A stretch of 64,000 nucleotides of DNA. Source: Dicyema japonicum. Its lineage: Eukaryota > Animalia > Dicyemida. Positions within the stretch are counted from its first letter, which is position 1; each line of letters begins with the position of its first letter. Location of the stretch: contig RDEW01000025.1 in the NCBI GenBank assembly GCA_011109175.1, positions 651,990-715,989 of the forward strand, read 5' to 3'. Below, one piece after another: positions 13,972-26,728 of the stretch. A model generated the notes under the pieces. That model was not told the DNA's origin, did not search any database, and saw only the letters and a program-made list of their open reading frames with translations. A program made the translations under genes and the position numbers.

Positions 13972-14099
13972 CTTTTTAATTTTTTTCAATTTTGTTTAAT
14001 ATTTTTATTTAATGACTTTTTAATTTTTTTCAATTTTCATTTAACTAAAGTAATAGAAAAGTTATTATTAAAAATATTATTATTATCTGCTATCGGAGA

Positions 14100-15355
14100 C
14101 ACAAAACGAATGAATAACTCACTCGAAGAGAAATGGAAGCACATAAAGAAACTTGGCCATCTACTAGGAGATAGCGAAGACATCATACAAAAAAATTGCA
14201 CCTGCTATTGAGTCTATACAGTCTTGCAAGTGTATGCCCCAACATCTATTGCCAAGGATGACAAAATTGACCAATTTTATTATGAATTTAAGAGGCACTA
14301 AAACTAATACCCAAAAAGACATAATCTACATAATGGGGGATTTCAACTCAAAAGTTGGGTGTATGCCACATACGGATATTGTGGGAAGTTTTGATTTGGA
14401 CAAAAGATATGATGCTGAGGATCGACTGGTCCAATTCTGTCAAAAATGGATTTCAGAAACTAACACATGGTTCAAACAGCACAAACGACGATTATACACT
14501 TGGACGTCGCCAAATGGAATGTCTAGGAACAGATTGATTATATTTTATGCGCCAAACTAGAAAAGCTCTATAACAGCCGTCAAAACATATCCAGGGCAGA
14601 CTGTGGAACAGACCATCAGCTAATTGTTACAAAAATTAAGAATACTCCCCGAGTAAAGAAATTCGATGTCTCAAACATACCACCAGAATACGCAATGAAG
14701 TTAAGAACAATATTGGATTACTGGATTTGAACGGAAGGATGCCTGATGAATTATGGAATGATATGCAGTTGGTTATCAGGAACGCTGCAATAAAACATGT
14801 CAAATACAATACCCCGGCCAAGTGCTCTGAGTGGCTCTCTGCAACACCCTAAACATTGCTGAGGCTCGTAAAGCTGCTAAAGTCTGGGAATATAGACGAG
14901 ACAAGAAAACTTAATCTGAATTCAAAAAGGCAGCCAGGAAAAATAAAAAGACTACTGGAGGTTACACTGCAAAAAAATGGAAGATGACTATAAGAGAGGT
15001 CACACTAGGAATGCGTATTTACAACTAAAAAGATTACGAACAAATTGATGCTTTTGAACTGTGGTGCTGGAGGAGGTTACTAAGAATCCATTGGACTTCC
15101 GAAATAACAAACACCCATGTACTCAAACAGGTGAGATGGACATTTCGCTAGAAGGATAAATCGTAAAACACAGATTGGCGTTTTTTGGGCATGTTGTCTG
15201 CTCTGACTCCCTGGAAAGAACCATTATGCTGAGCAATATTACTGGGAAGAGAAGACATGGTCGACCGAAAAATCAAGGCTACTCCAAATTGCGACTGATC
15301 GGGGAGTGGAAGATCTCCAAGGGTCGGACACAACTAAATTGCATAACATAACATC
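14100..15355 (+). mobile_element. Decayed RTE (BovB-like) LINE: APE endonuclease + 3' end
   Basis: IMGDFNSKVG, YTWTSPNG; the 3' end GGGTCGGACACAACTAA + (ACATA)n matches 56380-56758. Confidence 0.85.
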
Positions 15356-15509
15356 TTCATTTCAAGATTGATATACATTCGTCAATTAACCGAACTCTCG
15401 GGATTAAGGAGTCATCGGCTATTTGAAGAAATTTGGATAAGTCTACCTTGAGGAGAAACAATTGAATTCTTAGTTATTAATTCTTGCATGTTCTTAATAA
15501 TAACATATA

Positions 15510-15940
15510 GAGGTTGGCCTTGAACGAAGTCGTTAGACGGGCTTTGGACGACGCTAGACACCCCTCAGATCAAACCAGTCGTCTTTTTAGGCGTGACGGA
15601 AAACGACCATATGGGATGACAATCTTCCCTTTTGAAGCCTGTAAACTTCATGTTTGGGACGTCACTTGTACCAACAGGTTTGCCCCTTGCAACCTACTCC
15701 AGAGTGCCTCTGGAGCTTGTTCTGCCTCTGAGAGAACCGAGAAATTAAAACTGGCAAAGTATAAGGTCTTACCCAATGATTTCTTGTTCGTTCCAATCGC
15801 TGTTGAGACGTAAATAACAGGATAGTAACTATCAAAAGCGGATGCTCCTAGAGATCCGTCCTGTGTATCAACCAATTCGAAAGCGGATAGGGACAAAGAG
15901 GTGGTTGATAAAGCCAGAAATATCTAGTGACTAAGCTGAT
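15510..15940 (+). mobile_element. CRE-like RLE domain remnant
   Basis: [51 protein letters not shown]. Confidence 0.85.
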
Positions 15941-16020
15941 AAAAAGATTTGTTCAAATAGTCTTGAAATACAAATGAAGAGGCACTCCAAGTGAACGTGA
16001 ATTGAACAGGTCGAAAGTTT

Positions 16021-16115
16021 TATTTATTTAAAACCTCTGGATCACTCAGACATAAAGACAGAGAAAACGTCAAACAGTTAAATGATCCCAGTTTCCGTGA
16101 TCAACTGCGCCATCC
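16021..16115 (-). mobile_element. LINE 3' stub with shared tail
   Basis: WMAQLITETGII* + TAACTGTTTGAC..TCTGAGTGATCCAGAGGTTTTAAATAAATAAA; homologous to 17735-17815. Confidence 0.7.
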
Positions 16116-16329
16116 AATCAAAAAGTCAAAAATAATACAAAAGTTTGTAAATATCTATTTAATAAAAATAACATTTAAAATATTCTGTGAATGTAAATAT
16201 TATAAAATTATTTTTATGCATCTAAAATTACAGGTTTATTTACCAATTTTAAATAAAATAATTTTCTCAAGATCAGTTGTAGCAGACATAACCCATTCCT
16301 TGTAATATTCATCAAAGTCTAGTCCGTCT

Positions 16330-16830
16330 ATCCATTTTATGAGCTCATCTTCTTGAGACTCATTCATTCTAATCGTGATTGCCAAAATTAGTACTGTGTT
16401 GCCCATAGTGGCTTTACTCGTTTGTTTTTGTCCGACCGTTTTTTCTAAACTGACTTTTCATAAAAAAAACCTTTGGTTTTGAAACTCTAAGAGACTTATC
16501 GCGGTTGAGATCCCAAATTGCATCATCAGTGACTCGTCTCCACTCATTGTGCTCAACTCTTTTATACCAACTCCCGTAATCGTGTTTGAGACCTTTTATA
16601 TGTCCAACTTAAACCCAGATCCTTAGTGTTGGCAAGTCTCATATCCATAAGCTTAGACGAAACATCTGTATAGTTTCTAGGAGCATTATTCCCAATGTCC
16701 TCGACGGGACGATATGTGTAAATCTTATATAAGACGGATGGCGGGAATGTCTCCTGACGTAAACTATTTTAACAAACTCCTCCCAATCTAATTCGGACGA
16801 ATCCTCCAAAGGCCTTATCCAGTAGCTCTG
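16330..16830 (-). mobile_element. Possible RTE-like 3' remnant
   Basis: RVEHNEWRRVTDD resembles the RTE C-terminal DRxEWR motif; heavily decayed. Confidence 0.35.
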
Positions 16831-16834
16831 CCTC

Positions 16835-17302
16835 TTTTGGGTTTATTGATCTTAGAAGATATCTGGCGTCACTCGTATTGGCCAAATTTACGAGTTTCTT
16901 GTAAAAAGCAAAAACTTGAATGTCCTGAAAACCTTATGTTTAACAAAACTGTGTATCTTCGCCAAGAACGCTGTATTTTTATTGCACTACTTTTTCTTTT
17001 TTCAAAATTCATGCGAATTTTGAAACTCTCTTGAATCTTGACTGCGGCCATATCCTTAAAACTATAAATTTATAATTTCGAGACTTTATCGTCTTGTCGC
17101 TATAAAGGGAAATATTATTTATCTGCTGCTGTCGTAAATAATCCACATAAGCTCTTGCGAGTTTATGGTATGAACGGTTATTTGGTCCCAAAAGAAGTTC
17201 AGTTTTCTTCCTGTTCAAATGATCCTTTAAAATGAACCTGATTGTTGTTCCCTTAAGGAATGCCTGAATTGTGACGATTGCTTTGAGGTTACGATTCAAC
17301 AT
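16835..17302 (-). CDS. IQ (calmodulin-binding) motif protein; 3' extent uncertain
   Basis: AIVTIQAFLKG, AAVKIQ and AIKIQRSWRRY IQ motifs; micro-intron near 17050-17070; AT-rich upstream island at 17320-17400. Confidence 0.55.
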
Positions 17303-17402
17303 TCTAACTCATAGCAACAAAATAATTATTAAACTTTGAACATTTTTTACTTTATTTTTCGATAAAATAAAAATGAAATTTTTTTACTTATTTATTTAAT
17401 TT

Positions 17403-17815
17403 CCCCGGACACGATAGTAGTTAGTCTTGTCCATCGAGATTAGCGGAGTCTATGGTCCAAAGAATCAACTCGATACACCGGAAAACAATCAGTATGCTTT
17501 GCCCACGTAATGGATCAACAGTCGACCCACTACTCATGGAAGCTAAGATCCGTACTCGTGGCTCCGGATTTCTTCGCGTCTGTGAGGAAGATGGAAATCC
17601 GCTTCGCCTGATCCTTTCCATGGCAAGAGAAAACCGATTGGATAAGAAATTCCCCTTCCCGATCGGATTCCTCTGCAAGACCGAGAGAAGGCTCTTCCGG
17701 AAAGTAGTTGGGACGATGGAAGATCACAGACGCCGAATGGCACAATTGATTGCGAGGACCTAACTGTTTGACTCTTTTGTCTTTCTTTCTCGGTGTTCCC
17801 GGGGTTATTAAAATA
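17403..17815 (+). mobile_element. LINE 3' fragment (ORF end + 3' UTR + tail)
   Basis: ORF 17452-17763 ends FPIGFLCKTERRLFRKVVGTMEDHRRRMAQLIART*, matching YPIGFLCKDQRRHFR at 61568-61783. The tail is CTCGGTGTTCCCGGGGTT + A-rich. Confidence 0.75.
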
Positions 17816-18499
17816 AAAAAATAAAAATCGGGATTAGCTGCGGTTCGATTTCCACACCACTACCTACCTGGTAAGGATTTTGTACTGATCTGTGACAGAC
17901 CAAATGAAAAAGTGGTTCCTCTTTAGAAAATTTCAAAAAAACCAAGTAACTCTGATTTCTCATTGGAGATACCAAACCCATATAATGAGTTTTTCCTTTA
18001 TGGAAAAGCTCTTTTTCCCTAATTGATGTCAGAAGAGGAGAAATAGTCTATGCACGGTGTCCATGTCTTAGGAGTACATTGGACCAAAGAGAGGTAAACT
18101 AGAAGACATTAAAGCCAACGGAAATAGCCTCTGTGTCTTCAAAAGATGCATCTGAAGACGAAGACTTCCAATATATTTATCATGGGGGAAACTGTCACCT
18201 CTCTTATTTATGGATTCGAAGAATAATGGTTCTTTATTCGGCAAAATGCCAAAAATAATTTTATCTATGGGAGAAGGGTAGCATGTCTGTGAGCAACAAC
18301 ATGCTCTCAGTATCTTCTTTAACATAACCTACTCAATATATGCCATTTTTGGCAAATCAATTGATTACTCTCCCACATAATTTTTATAGTATTTGGAGGT
18401 TCCATTATCCCATGTTAACATAATTAGAGTTATTTCCACTGCAAGGATACAGAGCATCTTTAACAAGCACATCTCACTTATTAAGCGCTTTCACATGAA

Positions 18500-19310
18500 C
18501 CATAGTAATTATAGCCCCACGTGTACAGTCCAAAAAGAATATTAAACGACCTTGCCGCGAGAAAGGGGGTAAGGATCAGTTGAAAGCTATTCACACGCCC
18601 CAACACAGGCAGCTCCGCATCCTGTTTGTCTCGGCAATCACCAAACTAATGAATAGAATTCTCTCCGGGAAACTCCCAGAAACGATTTGTCACATCATGT
18701 TTTCTGCCAAACATTAAGAAAACTTAGAGGAGTCCGAGGGTTTCGTTTTCGGTCGTCTAGCGTCAAAACAAGTTGGTATGACAGTTCTTCCCAGGCATGT
18801 CGAACACCTACAACCAACCCAAGTTAGGGTCGGCACTCCGGGAGGTTGTGAAAAAAAATTAATGATGTGCGGACTTTTGTACAACACTACAAGAGTATCC
18901 AATATAATATCCTTAGATCTAAATCAAAAACTCCATTAACATCATACTCCGTGATGTAATCCAGAAGGATAAGATCATATATGAAGATAAATTTGAGAGA
19001 CTACTTAAAAATATGAATCAAAACTGACGCACCTGTCTGACACCTGGGAGATCTAAAAGCATGGATTGAAGTCTTCCCAATAGAATATTGGCGCTCATCT
19101 GGACGATGAGACATTCGCATCGGGATCTATTCCAATCTGGGGTTGAAAATATACAAGAACCATCGTTGTCGATGCAAGAGAATTGTCAGCACTTATTGAC
19201 ATCACACTCTCTCATGCAGAAGCGGGGAGATTCCCACAGCACACTAACAAAAATAATGTTATGGAGAGATAAACGCTTAAACGTATTGCATATAAAAGCG
19301 AGTAAAATGT
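18500..19310 (+). mobile_element. CRE-like RT remnant
   Basis: AITKLMNRILSGKLPETICHIMFSA..GRLASK..QVRVGTPGGCE. Confidence 0.65.
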
Positions 19311-19359
19311 TCTGAAAAAGCATCATCTAATTTATTATCATCGTTCAGAACAAAAAAAA

Positions 19360-19431
19360 TTCCGCATCCGGGAATCGAACCCGGGTTGTCGAAATGAAAA
19401 TCCGAAATCTTAACCACTAGACCAATGCGGA
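19360..19431 (-). tRNA. trnE-TTC: tRNA-Glu (anticodon TTC)
   Basis: TCCGCAT/ATGCGGA acceptor stem, TGGTCTAGTGG A box, TCGGA-TTTTCAT-TTCGA anticodon arm, GGTTCGATTCC B box, followed by a T8 Pol III terminator. Confidence 0.95.
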
Positions 19432-20539
19432 CTTATCAATTCATTTGTATCGGTATTTTAGTCAATGATAATTTGAAAAGTAGTAGGGATAATGGTGAAC
19501 TCTGCGATGTCCAATTAGGAAAAAGCTGGGGAACTGATGGAATGTTTACATGCAAACACGTCCCGTCTGACCTTAAGAAAAATTAGCCAGCCAGAGTTTA
19601 AATTCACAGTAATGTCCACCTGAAAAATTCAAATTCTATTCTTCCTGGGAGCGGAATCGAATGCTTTGCAGACGTCAATTGACCTTAATCGGGTTTTCTG
19701 ATGTCTTTGCATGTTGAAGAAACCAGAAAGAATGAAGTTACTCGGATAGATGAGATGACTTTTACCTGATCTATCATTTTTGTATAACGGTTGATCAGGG
19801 AGAAATTCTTAGACTTTCACAAGGACGAGATTTTTGACATTCAGGACAAAAGAAAAACTGTTCTGAATGAAATCGGGTCCTTATCTTAGAATTTCAATAT
19901 TACAAGATTTATGAAAATTAAATTAATTTATTTACCCCCGATCACCAGTGGCTAACATGAACGTCAGCAACAAAGTCCAATGTCACGTTGTTTATCATGT
20001 ACAAAAGGTCAATTCTGTGTCGAACCGAAAATAAAAAAATGAGGCTATTCCTATTAGCAAAACACCAAATTCTTTGGGTCACCTTTGACCAGGGACTCTT
20101 CTTATTCGACATTTTGAGAGCAAGGTAACTTCTGCTCTGAAGAACCTGAGAATCCTAAAAGTACTCTCATAAACATTTAAGGACAAAACTAAGAACCTTC
20201 CCACAGTTTATGGACAATATCGACCCATGATGAAGTCCTACTGGATAATGTCGATTTCATGCTACTCCTCCGTGAAACTATCCGTATTCCAGGTCGCTGC
20301 AATAAAATTAATTTGACTAAAACACAAAATCCAATCCATTGAAAATCTCTTAATAGAATTACGACAGAAACTTTTAAGGCGACTAGTCTATCGAGCTGCT
20401 CTTTGTTCCCTACACAATCAAAATATCTGTTCTCCCTGGAGGATTTAATACTGCACTCTATGAAAAGCTGCATTAGCTATAGTTCCCCTCAGGCATGACA
20501 TACACTTTATTCTACATAAAGTTATCATAACAAATCGAT

Positions 20540-20680
20540 GAGGGAGTCCGGTTACTCAGTTAGATGTTCACTGATGACGTCGTCACTCGTCAAGCCAATG
20601 CGTGGGACCTTCAGCCGGAATGTACAACAGCGAGATTCGAACTAGGGGCAATCAGACCATTGCCCAGCATTCGTTATATT
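20540..20680 (-). mobile_element. tRNA-derived SINE family A, copy 1
   Basis: GTTCGAATCTCGCTGTTGTA..TGACGAGT..CGTCATC.GTGAA shared with 44250-44390. Confidence 0.6.
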
Positions 20681-20804
20681 GGACTTGTGTACATATATTC
20701 TACTTAAACTTCGCTAAACGCTACTTTCATGACCTTAAATTGATTTCGTCCTCTAATTATCGTTTTTAATAATATTTAAAAAAACGATTATTTCCATTGG
20801 TAAT

Positions 20805-21950
20805 ATGGGGAATGACATTATAGAGGAACTGAGGCGGCAAATTGAAATATATTACAACGAATGCCTCCGACTGGAGAGAATAGTGGGATTGACGACAAAT
20901 TTGAAATTTCTAGTGAAACTCATTTGAAGTCTTAAGGAACTCGTAAATAAGCTAGCAGATTTTGGAAATGGATATAAAAAAGTTGAGGAAAATTAACGAT
21001 AACTTAAAACAATCTGAAGAACAATTGAAAGATGAACTCAAAAAGAAAACGAGGAGGTCAAAAAGTTTGAAGAAAATATCGGTTAATCAATATTTTTTAG
21101 TGAAAGACAATCTTGAGGAGGAATTAAGGTAAATTACTGAGCCTAACGTGGCAGACAGATTACACGTGGAAAAATACGGTTTCTTTAGGGAACGATTAGC
21201 AGCAAAGCCAATACGATTGCACGGGACAAAATTACTGAGCAGTTGCATGCTCTTAGACGTCGAGAAATCGTGCTATTAAAGTACATAAAGCGACAAGACA
21301 ATGTTATTGATGGTTTACTGAATTCAGAAAATGATAACTCGTCGAGATTTACTTGATATTCGAGCAGAAGGGAAAACTGGTCCACCAAAATCGAGTATTT
21401 TTAGTTATTAACAGAAATTAAAAGAAACGGGGGAAACACGTGAAGTAATGAAAAGTAGCAAGAAGTCGAAAAAGCCATTTTCCTGCGTATTAGCATATAG
21501 ATAATCTTGATAGAAGAAAATCATGGAAAGAAAGAGAAAACACGCGGCATTGGCGATACAAAAATATTTTCAAAAATCAATAAAAGGGCGGAGAAGACAA
21601 GTAACTTCAAAATAATAGAATTTAAGTTTCAAGTCGAAGTTTTCATCCAAAAAAAGCGGCCAAAATTATCAAACGATCCATAAATAAATATAATTCTTTA
21701 GTCGATTGGCAATTTGTAGCAAATAGAGAATAGCTTATCGGAGTGTTTGGAAATATCAGGTCATTCGAGGACTAAACACGTGGATCACCAAATATAATGC
21801 TAGAATGACCAATAAAGTGAAAATTTTGTTTATTTTGAGGAAATACTTGAAAATAAGGATCTCGCCAGTAAAGCTCGGAAAGCACTGATGGAGAAAAATA
21901 AACGAAGACCAGAAAGAGGTAATTATAATTTTATCTCAGACCATCGATAA
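20805..21950 (+). CDS. Hypothetical coiled-coil protein, broken by indels and stops
   Basis: ATG after an AT-rich island; MGNDIIEELRRQIE, IKKLRKINDNLKQSEEQLKDELKKK, KITEQLHALRRREIVLLKY pieces in shifting frames. Confidence 0.3.
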
Positions 21951-22079
21951 CATTAATAAAGGATTCTGCGGACATTTTCAAAGATTATTAAAATTGAGAG
22001 AACTTAATAAAAGTAAATTAGTAAATAAAAAAACTGACGCATAATATAAAATTAAGCATTATTTAATAAAAAGTAATTA

Positions 22080-22178
22080 CAGGGTTGATACGGTTACGCC
22101 GGTCACCTCCTCAATGACATAATTAGTTGGTTTACTCCTTCTTTCTTGGTGTTCCCTTTTCGGGGTTATTAAATAAAT
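22080..22178 (+). mobile_element. Short retro-stub with shared 3' tail
   Basis: TAATTAGTTGGTTTAC..TCTTGGTGTTCCCTTTTCGGGGTT-ATTAAATAAATAAA. Confidence 0.5.
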
Positions 22179-22439
22179 AAATCGACCAATCAGAATCCTC
22201 TCTTCCACATCTCAGTAAACCTGACCTGACTCGTCTACGATGTAGGCACCACTCCTCTTTACGGACGTAAGTAGGTAAACTGGGTGATGTAAAAGATGTC
22301 TTCTGTTTTTTTGTAACCTCTCCCGAGTTAACACAAATCACATTTTTGAATGTCCTGAACGCTGTTCGTCTACCATACCAAATTTGACTGATCTATGGGA
22401 GCGATCGGCATTTACTGCGACCTAATTAATAGCCGCTGA

Positions 22440-23930
22440 TTTTCTATAAATTAATGAAGCCGTGGATACTTGCTTAACTAACGGTTAAGACCAAAGGTGT
22501 CTCCTATATTGCTATAGAGACGTATTTGGATGACCCACTCCTGTCAATCACAAGTCAAATGCGATGTATCCCATCACAAAATATCTTCCTCGACCAGACC
22601 TTTAATATACTATAGCATTTAATTCGGCTAAATGATCAACCGAGTGACTAAATGATTAACCGACACGATCCTTGACTTACAATGGGGACATGTATTTGTT
22701 GATCGACCCCAAAAAATATTGCGGTCTTGCATATACGTGTACAGCGCCTCCGATCGAGGTGAGTTGTCACCGTATTTTAGCCATATTGTAGACGACTTAA
22801 GGTCGACATGTGGGTTGTCCAATGCTCTGAAGAGGACCTTATGAAGGCTTTTTAAGTTGATCTTTCCATCAAATTATTATATTGTAATTCGATCAACGCC
22901 TTCAAATTTACTAGCCCACCATCATCAACACCATACTTAGCAGACAAAAAGGTCTGATAGTGCCTAGGTGGGTTGCCCGTGTCTTCTCGGTCGTTATTAT
23001 GGCGTGCTTCCTAGCAGATACACTTGACCCAGCTATCAGGGTGTCGTGCATTCGCATAAGGATACGCTCACTTAGTTGGACTAGTCCACAAAGTCCACGG
23101 CCGAATTTATCACGGAGTAAATATAGTCATTTTTATTGGCTGCCAGCACATGGTTCTCTCTAAGTACTCCACGGATCATAACATCCATCTCATCATACTT
23201 TTTGGGCTCAAACACCACAACACCTATGTAGTAGTTTAGCAGCGAGACAGCGCAGATGTTGAATTATTCAAATCTAGTTATATACTCTCAAAGAATTCCC
23301 TGGCACAGACCCCCATGGAGCAGAGCTCCTCGGCTGTTCGAGCATACATCTTCAGGTCATCGATAAAAAAAGGTGATTTGTACTGAAACAAACCCCTCAT
23401 AATGAACTGGTATTTGCTCAAATCGGTCATTGAGGCGGCGACTCAATGGCTCCAAACAGAGAACAAAGAGCAGCGGAGACATGCTATTCCCCTGAAGGAT
23501 TTCCCTCTTGAGTTTTACCTCACCTATCCGCTGCCTATTATAGTTCAGATGAATACCCAACCTATTCATCACAGCCACTACAAAGCTGATGAACCACACA
23601 GGCATACACAGCCTGTGTAGGCACTCGACAAGGTAAGAATGATCAACTGAATCGTAAGCCTTCTTCACATCCACCCACATAGACAAAAGTGAGTTTCCGT
23701 GAAACACAGAAAGGGACTTGTTGATCAAAGCCTGCTCTTTTGCCCCCTGACAATTTCTACAGTACCCAACTGATTCTCTGAGAGAATCCCATTTGCTTCT
23801 ACAAAGCTCCTGACTTCATTAGCCACCAATTTGGTCATCAGCTTATACAGGGTTGGCATGCAGGTATCGGTCGATAATCTGCAGCAGACTGAGGGTTGTC
23901 CAGCTTCCGAAGATTTCATTAATTCAAGAT
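22440..23930 (-). mobile_element. R4/NeSL-like RLE non-LTR retrotransposon remnant
   Basis: YKLMTKLV..ENQLG, WVDVKKAYDSVDH, ILQGNSMSPLLFVLCLEPL, CPHC..VNHLVTR; same clade as 50050-52580. Confidence 0.8.
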
Positions 23931-23989
23931 GAGATGCCCTTAAAATTGAAAATAAACAAATAAAAATGAGATACTCTTTTTCTAGGCAT

Positions 23990-24400
23990 CGATGTCTGCT
24001 TGGAACACCGTCCAGATGCGGTGGGTGGGTGACAAGAAAAAATTACATCCACTGTCACGCAGACAGAGAAGTGGGGAATTTCCTCTCCATGACAGGATGG
24101 CTATCGAAGACGATAAGTTTACTTGCCTTATGGAACCCATCGGACTTGACGGAGGTGATAGCAAGAGGTCTGATAGTGTAACGACCATGCCGTAGTGGCA
24201 AGGGAGGTGTTTTGCGTGAGATTCAACGCGCACGGATGCTTTCTAAAACTCGAATATGTTTAGATCATCGATGTCCGCGGGTTACGCAGCGACTACTGCC
24301 GAAATTTGAAAAGGAAAAAGTATTGTGACATTTTGGATCGGTTCACTTTCTAGCCGATCTCCGTTGAGACGTCTGGCGTACTTAGCCATAGCATTATGAA
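23990..24400 (+). mobile_element. CRE-like RLE domain remnant
   Basis: MEPIGLDGGDSKRSDSVTTMP.WQGRCFA.DSTRTDAF..KYC..PISVETSG. Confidence 0.7.
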
Positions 24401-24414
24401 AACCTTCTGGCTGA

Positions 24415-24800
24415 ATATAACATAACGTCTGATGACATCGGATCTGAAGGTCGTAGGTTCAAATCCGAAAGATGGAGTTTTCAGCGAAGGTCAATTCTTG
24501 TCAAACAGATCCCACCCGTAGGCGAAGAGTCCTTCTGACACGACACAGTTGTTAAAAAGAGATCTTCCTACCTTTCTTTCTGACCAAACCCTCTGATGAA
24601 GATTGCATTATGAAAACTATTGCGCTAAAGAATGAAGTGATGTCCGCGACGGTAGGACGTGGGACAAAAATGGAAGAGAGCGGACATACTTCTCCACCTC
24701 TCTTCGGAAGCGGAAGCATGTAATGAAGTATTGGAAGATAGATTTGGTCGGCACAAGCAGATGTTCTCCCTTTGGTTCTTTCTTTGGATTAATAATGATC
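24415..24800 (+). mobile_element. tRNA(Arg)-like-headed SINE family B, copy 1
   Basis: ATAACGTCTGA..CGGATCTGAAGGTCGTAGGTTCAAATCC resembles the 3' half of tRNA-Arg; the body aligns with 60745-61080. Confidence 0.65.
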
Positions 24801-25199
24801 GGTCGAGTGACTGGACCATCGTAATCACGACGGCGCGATCCGTGGTTCATTCTTATCAAGGCTTCAAAAGCATTGGTGGCTGGAGTTCTCAGAAATCCAG
24901 CGTTCCGTGACTTTGGAGGCTCTTCTCCGGCTAGCCTCGATCTTCAAGACATTCGTCCAAGAGATGAGTGGACCCATATACCGCATGCATAAGAGATGCA
25001 TATATTAATAAATTGTTTATATACAGTTCCCAAAACAGAATGCTTTCCGATCTTCCATAAGCCTGTGAGGAATTTCAGAACATTAGTTTTCTTTCGCATT
25101 TCATAATTATGCTTTCAACATGGGGCGAGAATGACATATGCATGTCAAAAGTCACCCCAGGATCCTTTGGGATTTTCTGTAAGGAATAGCTTCATTGTT

Positions 25200-26370
25200 T
25201 TCCTTTAGTTCGACCTCCGTCTTCCCAGTCTCTTGTCTGAAGTAAATAGGGTTGTGACGGACTTTTCACTGCTAGTAGTTAGGCGATTCTTCGATAGCTA
25301 TTTGTCAAGCCGTCCAGATTTTCTTGCAACTTCGAAGTGGCAAAATGGATGTCCTGATCGCGTGACGCAATGACGATGTAGTCTGCATAAGTTAGAATAA
25401 TATCATTTTCTGAGTCTGGAGTGGAAATGTCCGCCATGAATAGATTGAATAAAACTGAAGACAAAGGCACCTTTAGGGAACCCTATTAGGGAGAAGCGTG
25501 AAATAGACCTTGACTGGCCAATGCAGACGCGTCCCCTTCGACCACTAAGGAAGTTAGCTAGCCAGAGTTTGAGCTTTCCAGGGATCTTTGTTAGATAAAT
25601 TTTCCAAGTAAGAATCCGCCTTGATACAGAGTCGAACGCCTTGTGGACATTTATGGAGCAAAGTACAGTCTTCATGTGTCTTGGGCTGTGCGAGAAACCA
25701 TATCGTATAAAGTTAGTCAATGCAGATAAGTGGGTCGAAGTAGACCTCTCCTTTTTAAAACATGTTGAAATGACAAATCCGGGAGGAAATTTTTGATTTT
25801 CGCAAGAATTAGCCTTTCCAGAATTTTCGACACCGTCACAATAACGCGACCGGTCTGTATGAAGCTGGGTCCTTCTTCAATTTACCGGGTTTCAAAATTG
25901 GACGTAGGTGGGCAGCTTCCATAATGCTGGAATACAATTTTTGTTAATGAAGTGATTGAATATCTTCGTTAATGCAGCGATTCCATAGTCTCCCAGATTC
26001 TTTAGGAGGATCATTGGGATCTTATCCGGTCCGTTAGAATAGGTTGTTTTAATGGCTTTCAATGTATATCTCACGTCGTTTTCAGTGAAGTGAATCGTTT
26101 CCGGTTCCTTTTTCGGTTTACTGAAATGTTTCGAGGATACATCCGACTTCTTATGGTCTCAATGGGATATTTTCACATAGTATTTTATTAGGTTGTTTAA
26201 GTCCTTTTGGCTGTGGTCCACATCGGACGATCTTTCATCCCCTCTCGAGGCGTCTCGGATGGTCTTCCAAATTACAGTAGTGGGTCTATTTCTATTCAAC
26301 GAGGAAAACACATGCTTCCATCTTGATATTTGTGGATTAGTTAGTTATCACTGTTTGTGCTGTGCCTACA
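25200..26370 (-). mobile_element. Decayed Jockey/I-like LINE RT
   Basis: SNGPDKIPMILLKNL, CIPALWK, INVHKAFDSVSR, ILTYADYIVIASRDQD. Confidence 0.85.
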
Positions 26371-26728
26371 ATGGTAAGCCTGGGGTTAATAATAATAATA
26401 AGTTTAACAGGCTGATCGGGCCGCTTGCGGGACTGAGGAAAGGAGAGCTTTGAACGCTTCCATCCATTGTTCTTCTTACCTCAATTCTGACACAATGCTA
26501 CAATAAAGTCTGGGTCACTGCTGCACAAACGATACCACCATGATCTTAGTCGGAGAAAGAGCTTAAAAAGTAAGTTACAATATTTTTGACTTTTATAAAA
26601 TTTTGATTTTTTAGATTCTAATCGATTTCAATTAAAATAATTTTTATAATTAAATACATTAAGTAATAATTAAATTTAAATTTATAATAAATACAATATC
26701 CAAAAGAATATTTTTTGTTGTTCGAGTA

